Below, in pieces: positions 54,031 through 63,173 of a stretch of DNA of 64,000 nt (position 1 is its first letter; every line of letters begins with the position of its first letter). The notes under the pieces were generated by a model. It ran no database searches. It was not told the DNA's origin and saw nothing but the letters and a program-made list of their open reading frames with translations. A program made the position numbers and the translations under genes. This stretch comes from a virus: positions 6,174 through 70,173 of the IMG/VR virus record IMGVR_UViG_3300042549_007519. The stretch is one strand, 5' to 3'.

Positions 54031-54990
54031 TTATTTAAGAGATTTTAAAGTATTTTCAATAGCTTTTCTTAATGGGTCTGGAATGATAAATTTTAAGCAA
54101 GTTTCAAGGGTTGCTTTCATCTCGTTATTCTGTTGCTTTAATAGTTCTATTTCAGATAACTGTTTTTTGTGGTTGTCAGAAATAGTTTGAAATACAATAG
54201 TTTTTTTATTAACCTTTTCTACTTGTTTTTCAGCTTTAACAACTTGTTTTTGCAACTCGGCATTTTGCTTTGCCAATAATTCCTTTTGCTCATCATCTTG
54301 TTTTTTTCGGTCAACTAACCTATTGAATATTTCTTGGAATTGTTCTTCAGTAGTATCTGCATATAAAACATCATCTTCGTTTACAATAAAAAAAGAATAG
54401 GGTGCTAATTTCATTCTTCTTTCTGAATATAACTTGGCTCTTTTTTCTGTTTCCTCTTGCTCTAATCTTATTTGCTCTTGCTCTTTTTGATATTTTTCAA
54501 ATGAAAATTTAGCTCCATTCAAAATAGTTGTAAAAGCAACTTCGGACATAGTACTTAAATCAAAAGCATCTAAATCTAAAACTTGTAAATATGGTTTTAG
54601 TAATTCTAATCGGTCTGCTTTAAGTTTTGCTTTTCTTAATTGCTCTTTGGTTTCCACATATTTTTCTTGAATAGCTAAATGCTCCTCTGCTGGTTCTATA
54701 ATCATAAATAATCTTTTGGCAAGGCTATCTATAAACCTACCTTCTAACAAAGATTGCTCTTTTAGGCGTTTGCGTGTTTTTTCAATTTCAACTCTCTTTG
54801 CTTTAAGAAGTAATCTACCTTCTTTAGCTTGTTGCATTAACTCAACTTGGCTTTCATCGGTAACTTCTATTTCGTATGCTTTTTTGTTCCATTCGTTAGC
54901 AATATCTTCATATTCTTTGAATTTGCTATCTATTGATAATACTACCTCTCTTGGTAATCCGTTTTCCATTAGTTCTTGTTCTTGGTTCAT
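54031..54990 (-). CDS. long coiled-coil phage protein
   Basis: RVEIEKTRKRLKEQSL..GRFID..IEPAEEHL. Confidence 0.65.
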   Translation of the reverse strand: MNQEQELMENGLPREVVLSIDSKFKEYEDIANEWNKKAYEIEVTDESQVELMQQAKEGRLLLKAKRVEIEKTRKRLKEQSLLEGRFIDSLAKRLFMIIEPAEEHLAIQEKYVETKEQLRKAKLKADRLELLKPYLQVLDLDAFDLSTMSEVAFTTILNGAKFSFEKYQKEQEQIRLEQEETEKRAKLYSERRMKLAPYSFFIVNEDDVLYADTTEEQFQEIFNRLVDRKKQDDEQKELLAKQNAELQKQVVKAEKQVEKVNKKTIVFQTISDNHKKQLSEIELLKQQNNEMKATLETCLKFIIPDPLRKAIENTLKSLK

Positions 54991-55002
54991 TTTTTTTAGT
55001 TT

Positions 55003-55943
55003 TTAAAGTGTATTTTTTTTTATTATCTTTTTAGCAATTCCTTTCATGCTTTCTGGGTCTTTAGCGTATGCTTTAACAATCATATCTAATTCTTCCCAAT
55101 CTATAAAAATAGCTCTTGAAAGAGTTTGAAGAATTTTATCCAAACTTTCAAAAATTTCAGCTACTCTTTTGCTATCTACATCATCTACTTTGTCAAATTC
55201 TTTTACCTCTGCTCTAATTAACGCTAATATGAATGGTTTTCCATACTTCTTTATATCTGCTTTATAGTATTGAGTGTGTTTGAGAATTTCGTTATTATGA
55301 AGTGCAAATTGACTTGATATTATTGATTTTGCTAATGCTGTTTGAAATGCTATTTTAGAATGTTCTTTTGCTGTTAATTGTTCTGTTTTCATAATTTTTT
55401 TCCACAAGTTTGACAATGTTCTATATCAAATTTCAATATAAAATGTTCTTTTTGTAATTCGTGATATTTTTTTATTGATTCAATGTATCTACAAGCATTT
55501 TTAAAATCAAATTCTGGCGACCAGTTTTGAATACGCTCCATCTTTTTTTCTAAAGATTTAAGTTTTTGTTTTGGTGTCATATTTTATTTATAAATTTTAA
55601 TTGCCAATAATTATTTGTAAAATCAGCGAATAAACTTAATTTATTAATAATTTCAAATCCAAATGTATCTATTAAGTATTCCGCAAATTGTTCTGATTTA
55701 ATTTTAAAAAGTTCATCACTCATTTCAATACCATCCATTAAGTGTATTCTTTTGATAATGTATTCTTTTTGTTCAATTGGTGTCATACTAATTAATTTCT
55801 TGAATGTATCTTATTTTTAATGTTGGAGCAAATCTTCTAAAACTCTTATAAGCATGGTCAAAATCAACTGCTTCCACTTCAGTTTCTAAATCTTCCCATT
55901 GGTCATTTTTGTACTTCCAATAACCTACTAACCATTTTTTCAT
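55003..55943 (-). CDS. cluster of short hypothetical genes (55003..55416, 55389..55580, 55577..55786, 55788..55943)
   Basis: overlapping stop/start junctions; the last is 51 aa, below cutoff. Confidence 0.55.
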
Positions 55944-56503
55944 TTTAGCTTATTAATTTGTTTGTTCGACAATCTTTTTTCTTCTAAATAAAAATCCATT
56001 AAAGAATGAATATTTACTGGATTTTTTCGGCTTACACCTATTCTGCTTTCTCCATAATAATTACCATTTTCGTCTTGCTGAACTTGGTACTCTTTCCACA
56101 AAGCAAAGTCTTTTGCAAACTCTTTAACCACTTCTAACAATTCTCTTTCTTTTGTCTTATCTGAAGCATTAGCACCAATCCATGCTCCTATCTTATCTTC
56201 TATGTTTGACATTTTTTTTGTTGGTGTGTTTGTTGGTTTATATTTACGATTACGTTTTAAGTATTTTCCTATTTCATAATTACTTATAAATTGTAATTCA
56301 TTTTTAAGGTTAGGATAATACTTTTGAATTTCAAATATTGTTTGTATTCCAACTTTTCTAAATTTACCCAACTTAACAACAGATAACTCATCCATGTAAG
56401 TATAATGTTCGTTTATAAAAATTAAAGAATTTTTAGTACGAAGTGATATAAATGGTTGATTAATAAAATCTAAAATAGTCATTCTTTTTTCTATATTTTC
56501 CAT
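55940..56503 (-). CDS. protein with RNA polymerase alpha-CTD-like N-terminal domain
   Basis: ISLRTKNSL..LGKFRKVGIQTIFEI resembles LSVRxxNxL..LLKxxNxGxKSxxEI. Confidence 0.5.
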   Translation of the reverse strand: MENIEKRMTILDFINQPFISLRTKNSLIFINEHYTYMDELSVVKLGKFRKVGIQTIFEIQKYYPNLKNELQFISNYEIGKYLKRNRKYKPTNTPTKKMSNIEDKIGAWIGANASDKTKERELLEVVKEFAKDFALWKEYQVQQDENGNYYGESRIGVSRKNPVNIHSLMDFYLEEKRLSNKQINKLK

Positions 56504-57252
56504 TACTCCTTAATTACATCCTTATTAAAATAGTCATTAATTTTACGTTTTGTTTCTTTTGAGAAAGTGTTTTGTCTTAAAACCCAATCAACATACTTCA
56601 TATCTGTTTCAATAGGTTTATGTGCGTTTTTACCGAAGCTCCAACAAACTTTTCCTTCTTCATTAAAATACATTTTATTACATAAGTCATATCGTTTTTT
56701 TTGTCGGTAAAAGTTTTCCATTTCTTCTGGAGTAACTTCTTCTTTGCCATCGTATTGGTGGAATAGTATTTCAAGCGTTGCATTTACATCGGCTAAAGCA
56801 CTATGGGCATCTTTTAAATCATTTCCAGTATATCTTTTGTAAACATCTGAAAGTTTAGTAGGTCTTAATAGTTTTTCAATTCTATAAACATCTACTGTAT
56901 TAAGTTCCCAATCGCCAAAAATAATATTGCATCTTGAAAATTCTTCAACCAAAAGCGGTATGTCGTAGTTATCGGAATTAAAACCAGCTATATCACAATC
57001 TTTAAAAAAGTTATATAATGATTTTGATAATTCAATAAACTTTGGAGCATTAGCTACTTTTTCATCTGTAATACCATGCACATCACTTGCTTCTTTTGGA
57101 ATAGGTATTGTTGGATTAATCAAAGTACACTTTTCGGTTCTATTGCCATCAAGGTCAATTTTAATACAAGCTATTTCAACTATTCTTGCCGTTGAAACAT
57201 CTAATCCAGTCGATTCTAAATCGAAAAATATTAAAGGTCTTTTAAGTATCAT
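56503..57252 (-). CDS. DEDDh 3'-5' exonuclease (DnaQ-like)
   Basis: FFDLESTG, GFNSDNYD, AHSALADV. Confidence 0.92.
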   Translation of the reverse strand: MILKRPLIFFDLESTGLDVSTARIVEIACIKIDLDGNRTEKCTLINPTIPIPKEASDVHGITDEKVANAPKFIELSKSLYNFFKDCDIAGFNSDNYDIPLLVEEFSRCNIIFGDWELNTVDVYRIEKLLRPTKLSDVYKRYTGNDLKDAHSALADVNATLEILFHQYDGKEEVTPEEMENFYRQKKRYDLCNKMYFNEEGKVCWSFGKNAHKPIETDMKYVDWVLRQNTFSKETKRKINDYFNKDVIKE

Positions 57253-57262
57253 TTTAAAAAAA

Positions 57263-58242
57263 TTAAGAGTTTAACTTTATGTGTTTTTTAATCCATTTTA
57301 TTCTTGGCTTTATGTCTGTTTCTTTCCAATAATAAGCACTATTTCTACTTCTGAAAGCACTCAAACTACTCCACTTACTTGGTCTATTATCTGTAATATA
57401 ATTCAGCAAAAGTCGTCTTTCTTCCCAAGTTATTTTATCAGAATATTGTAATCCAGAAACAAAACCACATAAACCAGAATAAAAATATTTTTGATTTTCT
57501 AAAGTTATTTGTAAAAGTTCTTTTATACTTCGCATATTATTTAATTTTCTTCATTTTTAATTTATAAGGGAAGTGGGAAAGAACTATTGGCAGACCTTTA
57601 AAATATCTACATCTACCATCTTTTGTAAACCACATATTTTGTTTATTTTCAAATTTCACAAAAAGCACAAAATCGTTATTATTATTAATAAATTTTTTTA
57701 TAACAATTCCTTTTATTTTTCCCCAATAAACAACATCTCCTTCTTCAAATTGGTTCTTTTTTTTCTTTTTAGGGTTTGCAATCTCTCTCTCTTTTTGTAC
57801 GGCTAAATTAATTTTATCATTTAACTCTTTTACTTTATTAATTGGTAAATCTGATTTTAGTCCAATGGTTATTATTTCTAAATTACCCATTAATTCTTCT
57901 CTAAATTCTGGTGTAAAAATTTCCATTTTATTTGTTTTTAGTGTTTAAAAAATATAGTTCGTGATTAATTCCTTCTCTCTTTTGAATTTGGTTTTTTTCT
58001 TGTAAATATTCCAAAGCTTGTTCTATTTCTTCAAAAGAAAAAAAGCTTCTCAATTGTATAATAGAAAGTCCATTATCTCCATTGGTTACTTTGTGGTTTT
58101 CTCTAACTTTTTTAAGAAGGTTTTTTTTGAGAAAATAAGAAGTGAGTTCTTCATCTGGAATATGATTTAATAGTTTTGTGTAAAAAGAGTTTTCTTCTAC
58201 TGAAATTACTTCTCCATCTACTGTTATAAATTCTTGTATCAT
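57263..58242 (-). CDS. three hypothetical genes (57263..57535, 57537..57926, 57928..58242)
   Basis: packed ORFs; the last looks winged-helix-like. Confidence 0.55.
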
Positions 58243-58491
58243 ATTTTAAAAATTATAGAAATTATAACTCTTAATAAAAAGTAAAGTGCAACAAGCATTA
58301 TAATAGCATTGTATATTTTTTGTGTTTTTTTCATTAACTTAAAAGTGTATGTATTTGAAGTTCGTTTAAATATGACAAAGCAATTGGAGTTTTAAAATGC
58401 AATCTTTTATTTTTGTTCGCATAAATAGCGTGTTGCTTTATATAGATTTTTTCAATAATTGACAATTCAAAATATTTTTTCATCTTTTCAG

Positions 58492-58537
58492 TTTTAAAGT
58501 TCAAGTCAAAAGTATAAAATATTATTTATAATACAAA
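58492..58537 (-). promoter_or_regulatory. repeated phage promoter
   Basis: 36 bp identical to 47298-47333. Confidence 0.75.
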
Positions 58538-58559
58538 ATATTATATTAAATAATTTATA

Positions 58560-58940
58560 TTATTTGTAAAATTCTATCAACCAACCTTGAGCAATTATAA
58601 TTCTTAACATTTCAGATTCGTCAAATAATTGAATTAAAACTTCATCTCCAGAAGAAACATCTATTGCTTTAATTAATTGTGTCTTATCTCCATCAGTTGT
58701 TTCAACTTTTTCAACATTACCATAAGGCTTGTATTTAATTGTTTTACCATCTTGGTAATACAAACATATATATCCAGTATTCTTTTCATTAAAAACAACC
58801 AATAGGTCTGTTCTTTGTAATTCCATAATAACACCATCTTCTTTTGTGTTATATGACTTATATGTTTTTGTGAAAGTTTCTTTTTGTGCATAGTTTGTAA
58901 ACGATACAAACAATAACGCAATTAATAATAGTTTTTTCAT
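58560..58940 (-). CDS. secreted/periplasmic protein
   Basis: MKKLLLIALLFVSFTNYA-Q Bacteroidota-type signal peptide. Confidence 0.7.
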   Translation of the reverse strand: MKKLLLIALLFVSFTNYAQKETFTKTYKSYNTKEDGVIMELQRTDLLVVFNEKNTGYICLYYQDGKTIKYKPYGNVEKVETTDGDKTQLIKAIDVSSGDEVLIQLFDESEMLRIIIAQGWLIEFYK

Positions 58941-58944
58941 AATG

Positions 58945-59127
58945 TTATTTGTTAAATGTTTCGTTGTAGTATTGCTCTGCTGTATCCATTGATATTTTAT
59001 TATAAGCTTCAATAATCTGTTGCTTTTCCATTTCTTTGGCTTCTTTTAAAAATTTTGCCATATTTTCATAAATATAGTTTTCTTTATGTAGTTTTTTATA
59101 TAACCATTCTACTGCTGTTTGTTTCAT
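58945..59127 (-). CDS. MKQTAVEWL-family small protein
   Basis: paralog of 59584..59829. Confidence 0.7.
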   Translation of the reverse strand: MKQTAVEWLYKKLHKENYIYENMAKFLKEAKEMEKQQIIEAYNKISMDTAEQYYNETFNK

Positions 59128-59145
59128 ATCTTATTTCTTTTTAAA

Positions 59146-59550
59146 TTAAATGTCTTTTAAATATTGTTCGTGTTCTTCTTTTGAATTAACTTCATCAGGC
59201 AATAAATCCCTTGTAAGTTCTGAAGCCATTTCAGCAAATAATATAGTTAAATGACTTTCAAAAAATAAACCCAAACATGTTACAGATTCGTCTTCTTCAC
59301 TATCTTCAACAGGAGTAATTCTGAAAACACAGTATCTTCCTCTATTTTTATAAGGATAACTATCTTCATCTTGTTTTGTAATTAAGATACATCCATCCTC
59401 ACCTAAATTATCCCATTCTTTTTTATTCATAAAAGCAGGGTTATCTTGTGTAGGAATTTCATTGAATGTTTTATCAATGAAATTTACAATTTGTAATTTT
59501 CTCATTTCTTTTTCAATTACATCGTGTAATTTTTCTTTTGTTGCACTCAT
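59146..59550 (-). CDS. hypothetical protein
   Basis: preceded by leader motif copy 3. Confidence 0.6.
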   Translation of the reverse strand: MSATKEKLHDVIEKEMRKLQIVNFIDKTFNEIPTQDNPAFMNKKEWDNLGEDGCILITKQDEDSYPYKNRGRYCVFRITPVEDSEEDESVTCLGLFFESHLTILFAEMASELTRDLLPDEVNSKEEHEQYLKDI

Positions 59551-59555
59551 AATAT

Positions 59556-59580
59556 TTTTAGCACTTATCCTTGCAATTGG
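59556..59580 (-). promoter_or_regulatory. conserved leader motif, copy 3
   Basis: CCAATTGCAAGGATAAGTGCTAAAA, 10 nt before ATG 59550. Confidence 0.7.
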
Positions 59581-59583
59581 TAT

Positions 59584-59829
59584 TTATATTTTTTTAAAAA
59601 TTTCGTTGTAGTATTGTTCATTACTCCCATCTATATAACATTTAGGAGTTTCGCCATATTCTGCATAAGTAGAATCGTGACCATCTTGTCTTGCATCAAT
59701 TATCTGATTTTTTTCCATTTCTTTGGCTTGATTATATAATTCATTTGCTTGAACAGAATTAAAAGCATAACCATCCATTAATAAATTATCCATTTGTTCT
59801 TCTAACCATTCTACTGCTGTTTGTTTCAT
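59584..59829 (-). CDS. MKQTAVEWL-family small protein
   Basis: MKQTAVEWL..AKEMEK.QII.A..EQYYNE.F. Confidence 0.7.
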   Translation of the reverse strand: MKQTAVEWLEEQMDNLLMDGYAFNSVQANELYNQAKEMEKNQIIDARQDGHDSTYAEYGETPKCYIDGSNEQYYNEIFKKI

Positions 59830-59832
59830 ATC

Positions 59833-60432
59833 TTATTTATTTTTAATTTTTTCAAACCATTCTTCAGCAATTTTTTCAAAATTAATTGCAACATTATAAT
59901 TTAACTTTAACATTCTTGCAAATAATTTAATTTTACCAAGAACCTGTTCCTCGCTATACATATTCTTGTCTTGTTGTTCTTCTTGTGGGATGTTGATTTT
60001 GTATTTATTTTTCACTGGATAAATAGGATTAAATTGAGTATGTTTTTCATCCCATTCTTTATCAATCTTATATGATTCAATATCAACAAACTCACAAGTA
60101 GGATTCTTAACAAACCATTCTAAAAACTCATCATCAATAGCTTGTACACCATCTTTGATTAAGTCTTGGTCTGTTGTAAGTATGATTTTTTTTGGATTAG
60201 CAAATTGAACGTGAGATAATTTATAATTTTTTTTTAATGAATTATTACTATCTGTAAACCAATCTCTTTCTTTAATTTCTTCATCATTAGTGATGTAGAT
60301 GTTTCTACCTTCTACCCAAGTTCCAGAACCATTATATTCCATAGGTAAGTCTGAAAATCCAAGATTACGATTAAGTTTGTGAAACCACAATCTACTTGGT
60401 TGTAATGTTGGTAATATGTGTATGTTTTTCAT
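59833..60432 (-). CDS. hypothetical phage protein, paralog of 46049..46888
   Basis: shared LPT.PSRL, NIYIT, KIILTTDQDL blocks. Confidence 0.7.
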   Translation of the reverse strand: MKNIHILPTLQPSRLWFHKLNRNLGFSDLPMEYNGSGTWVEGRNIYITNDEEIKERDWFTDSNNSLKKNYKLSHVQFANPKKIILTTDQDLIKDGVQAIDDEFLEWFVKNPTCEFVDIESYKIDKEWDEKHTQFNPIYPVKNKYKINIPQEEQQDKNMYSEEQVLGKIKLFARMLKLNYNVAINFEKIAEEWFEKIKNK

Positions 60433-60434
60433 AA

Positions 60435-60671
60435 CTAAAAATTAAAATATTTTAAAATTAAAACTCCGACTACTGAACCACAACCTGCACCAAAGGCATA
60501 AGTTAGTTTTTGATTTAAAGTAGATATAGCAACTCGGCTTACATTAAACGCCCAAAGAAGGCTAATAAGAAACGAAGCAATAAATATACCCACTATGTAA
60601 CCTTTTGTTATTAAAATGGTGCTTATAGCAACTAATCCTATTTGAAAGAATGATTGAAAGAATATTTTCAT
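60435..60671 (-). CDS. small three-TM membrane protein
   Basis: hydrophobic; YAFGAGCG. Confidence 0.7.
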   Translation of the reverse strand: MKIFFQSFFQIGLVAISTILITKGYIVGIFIASFLISLLWAFNVSRVAISTLNQKLTYAFGAGCGSVVGVLILKYFNF

Positions 60672-60709
60672 AATAAAATTCGATTAACCACCATCGAGAG
60701 GATTAAGAA

Positions 60710-61213
60710 TTATTTTACTTCAACTATTTTACTGTTTGTTATAACTCTTATAAAAAAGTTCTTTTTTTCATCTACTGGATTGTTTTGAAATTCTGCATAT
60801 TCATATCCATTAACAAATCGAACTAATTTTACTTTAGATTCAGATAAGCTTTTTAAATCTTCATCTGTAAAGTCAAAATAAGAAGTTCCATCACAATTAA
60901 AACTATTCCAAGAATCTAATGTAATTACTTTGTCGTTTTCTAAAAGAAAATAAAGTTTGCTTTTTTCTACACAAGAACTACCTACAACTGATTTTACAAT
61001 TACAGATTGTAAAATCAATTTATTATCTTGAAACTTAAAATTAGGACTTATTGTAAATCCTTTTGTTTTTTCTTTGTTTGCAATAATCATTTTTTCAGTT
61101 GGTAAATAATACTCGTTTTTTGTTATTTCATCAATTTCATGTTCTACAACATACTCTTGAGCATTAGAAAATAAACCTTGTAATAAAACCGCGATAACCA
61201 ATAATTTTTTCAT
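60710..61213 (-). CDS. secreted/periplasmic protein
   Basis: MKKLLVIAVLLQGLFSNA-Q signal peptide. Confidence 0.7.
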   Translation of the reverse strand: MKKLLVIAVLLQGLFSNAQEYVVEHEIDEITKNEYYLPTEKMIIANKEKTKGFTISPNFKFQDNKLILQSVIVKSVVGSSCVEKSKLYFLLENDKVITLDSWNSFNCDGTSYFDFTDEDLKSLSESKVKLVRFVNGYEYAEFQNNPVDEKKNFFIRVITNSKIVEVK

Positions 61214-61279
61214 TTTGTTTTTGTTTTTATAATTAATATTAAAGTTTACGATTAGCCTATACATCGAGAGGTGTTATTA

Positions 61280-62131
61280 TTAATAAACTAATTCAGATAA
61301 TGTTTTAAAAGCGGAATTGTTTTTTTTATATCCAGAACCAACCATTACGTTTTCAAGTTGATTGTTTCTTTTTATGTCAGCGTGATTAGTTTTCCAAGTT
61401 ACTGCATTAAACAAACCCCAAATAGTTTCTCCATGTGAAGCCAACTCACTATCTAAAATTTGTTTAAATTTAGCTATGTCATTTACTTTTCTTGTAGAAA
61501 AATCCTCAATTGGCTTATCAATATCTTCTTCTTTTAAATCAAACAAATCAGCTATAACAAGTTTGATAGCTTTATTGCTGATTTTAGTATCAGCCATTTT
61601 TTGATAAATTTCCATAACTTCATTTTCTGCTAATAAAATTTCTCTAACTTGTTTTCTTGCTATTCCTAATCTTTCTGAAGCCGAAGTAGTATGTCTGAAT
61701 TTTTGTACTTCCTTCATTGCTTTGTAAAAAGTATTTTGACAAACAACTACTGTATTAGAAAAACCAAAACCAATAGAAGAAGAACCATCATGCGAATTAA
61801 GAATAGTAACAAAACGCTTAACCTCATCGTTAGCAACTTGAATAGGTTTTATTTCAGATTGATAAAAAACTTTTTTACCATTGAATAACATACCGCCCCT
61901 ATGTTTTTCGCTTATTTCTTCAGTAGTAGCAATTAGTGTTTCTGCTACTTCAAAATTGTGCATTGGCTCATATTGTTTACCAATAGTTCCAAGCCATAAA
62001 TTGTTATCATTTCTGAACATACCATAAGATTCAGTTGATAATCCGTTTTCTGTAACAAGTGGTAATTTGTTTACAGTCCAGTTAGTAGCTGTTTGCTCTA
62101 ACAATTCAAAAGTTTGATTTTGTAAATCCAT
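61280..62131 (-). CDS. DUF932-family phage/plasmid protein
   Basis: LNSHDGSS..VVCQNT..RHT..TIWGLFNAVT. Confidence 0.85.
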   Translation of the reverse strand: MDLQNQTFELLEQTATNWTVNKLPLVTENGLSTESYGMFRNDNNLWLGTIGKQYEPMHNFEVAETLIATTEEISEKHRGGMLFNGKKVFYQSEIKPIQVANDEVKRFVTILNSHDGSSSIGFGFSNTVVVCQNTFYKAMKEVQKFRHTTSASERLGIARKQVREILLAENEVMEIYQKMADTKISNKAIKLVIADLFDLKEEDIDKPIEDFSTRKVNDIAKFKQILDSELASHGETIWGLFNAVTWKTNHADIKRNNQLENVMVGSGYKKNNSAFKTLSELVY

Positions 62132-62146
62132 TTTTTTATAAAGATT

Positions 62147-62190
62147 AAAAGTTCATAGCAAAAATATAAAATATTATTTAAAATACAAAT
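62147..62190 (-). promoter_or_regulatory. repeated phage promoter driving the first early operon
   Basis: TTTG..AAATAATATTTTATATTTTTG..GAACTTTT. Confidence 0.65.
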
Positions 62191-62747
62191 TATTATAAAA
62201 AATATACTATTCTTTTTATTTATAACTTTACTTTATTTTGATAAGAAATATTTATAGTTTGTATTTTTTATCATTTTTTTTTATTTTTTAATCATTGATG
62301 ATAAAGCATATAAAAAACCTTGCGAACACCAATAAAATCAATACTTAACAAAGATTGAAATTACTCAAGAAAACGTGTTTTTTTTGAAAAAAATGTTCAA
62401 AAATGAACGTTTTTTGAACGTTTTTGACACTTTTTTGATTTTTTTTGCTGTTTTTAGCGTTTTTTACGTTTTCATCTAAAACGTTTTTTAATCTTTGTTA
62501 GCACCAATAAAATAAGGCTCTAACAAAGATTGTTGTATTCGATGATTTAAAAAATTTTTTTTTGATTTTTTTGGAGCAAAAGCTTGTTTTCTGCATAAAT
62601 AATTTATCGTTTATCAATAAATTTTCACATTTTTTCTTATAATTCAACAAAACCACTAATTTTTCCCACCCCAGTTCCAAATCAGTCCCAAAAAAGTCCC
62701 AAAAGTTTCCCAAATAAATAGGTTATTTGTTTGATAATGAGTTTAAG

Positions 62748-62801
62748 TTAGTTCCAAATTAGTCCCAAATTAGTCCCAAATTAGTCCCAAATTAGTTCCA
62801 A
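62748..62801. repeat. 11-bp tandem repeat TTAGTYCCAAA x5
   Basis: read directly; degenerate copies also at 62671-62714. Confidence 0.9.
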
Positions 62802-62856
62802 CTTTGTATCAAAACCCACACGAAACTACCCAGTTCCATTTTACAGAATAAAAATA

Positions 62857-63004
62857 GTTTAGTTTACTCAACGAAACCGTTTAGTTTACTCAACGAAAAT
62901 TGTATTTCACTCAACGAAACCCACTACCGACCCACCCACCAGAGCCAACAATTTCAGTCTATACCCTTAAAAATGTTTTTAAATTTCAGTCTATACCCTT
63001 AAAA
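62857..63004. repeat. paired direct repeats GTTTAGTTTACTCAACGAAA (x2 plus partial) and AATTTCAGTCTATACCCTTAAAA (x2)
   Basis: read directly. Confidence 0.85.
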
Positions 63005-63117
63005 CTACCCTAAACAATACCCTAAACACCCCCATTTCCAAGCTTTATATATGTAACTGCATATAAATAGCCACAATCCCTTTATAATCGTTGTATTTGC
63101 GTATATTCTGACCCATC

Positions 63118-63173
63118 TGACCACTTATTTGACCACTTATTTGACCACTTATTTGACCACTTATTTGACCACT
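63118..63173. repeat. 12-bp tandem repeat TGACCACTTATT x4.7
   Basis: read directly. Confidence 0.9.

Noticed and set aside
62671-63173. CRISPR array
   Set aside because: Units are 11-23 bp and tandem or nearly so, with no unique spacers of regular length; no cas operon.
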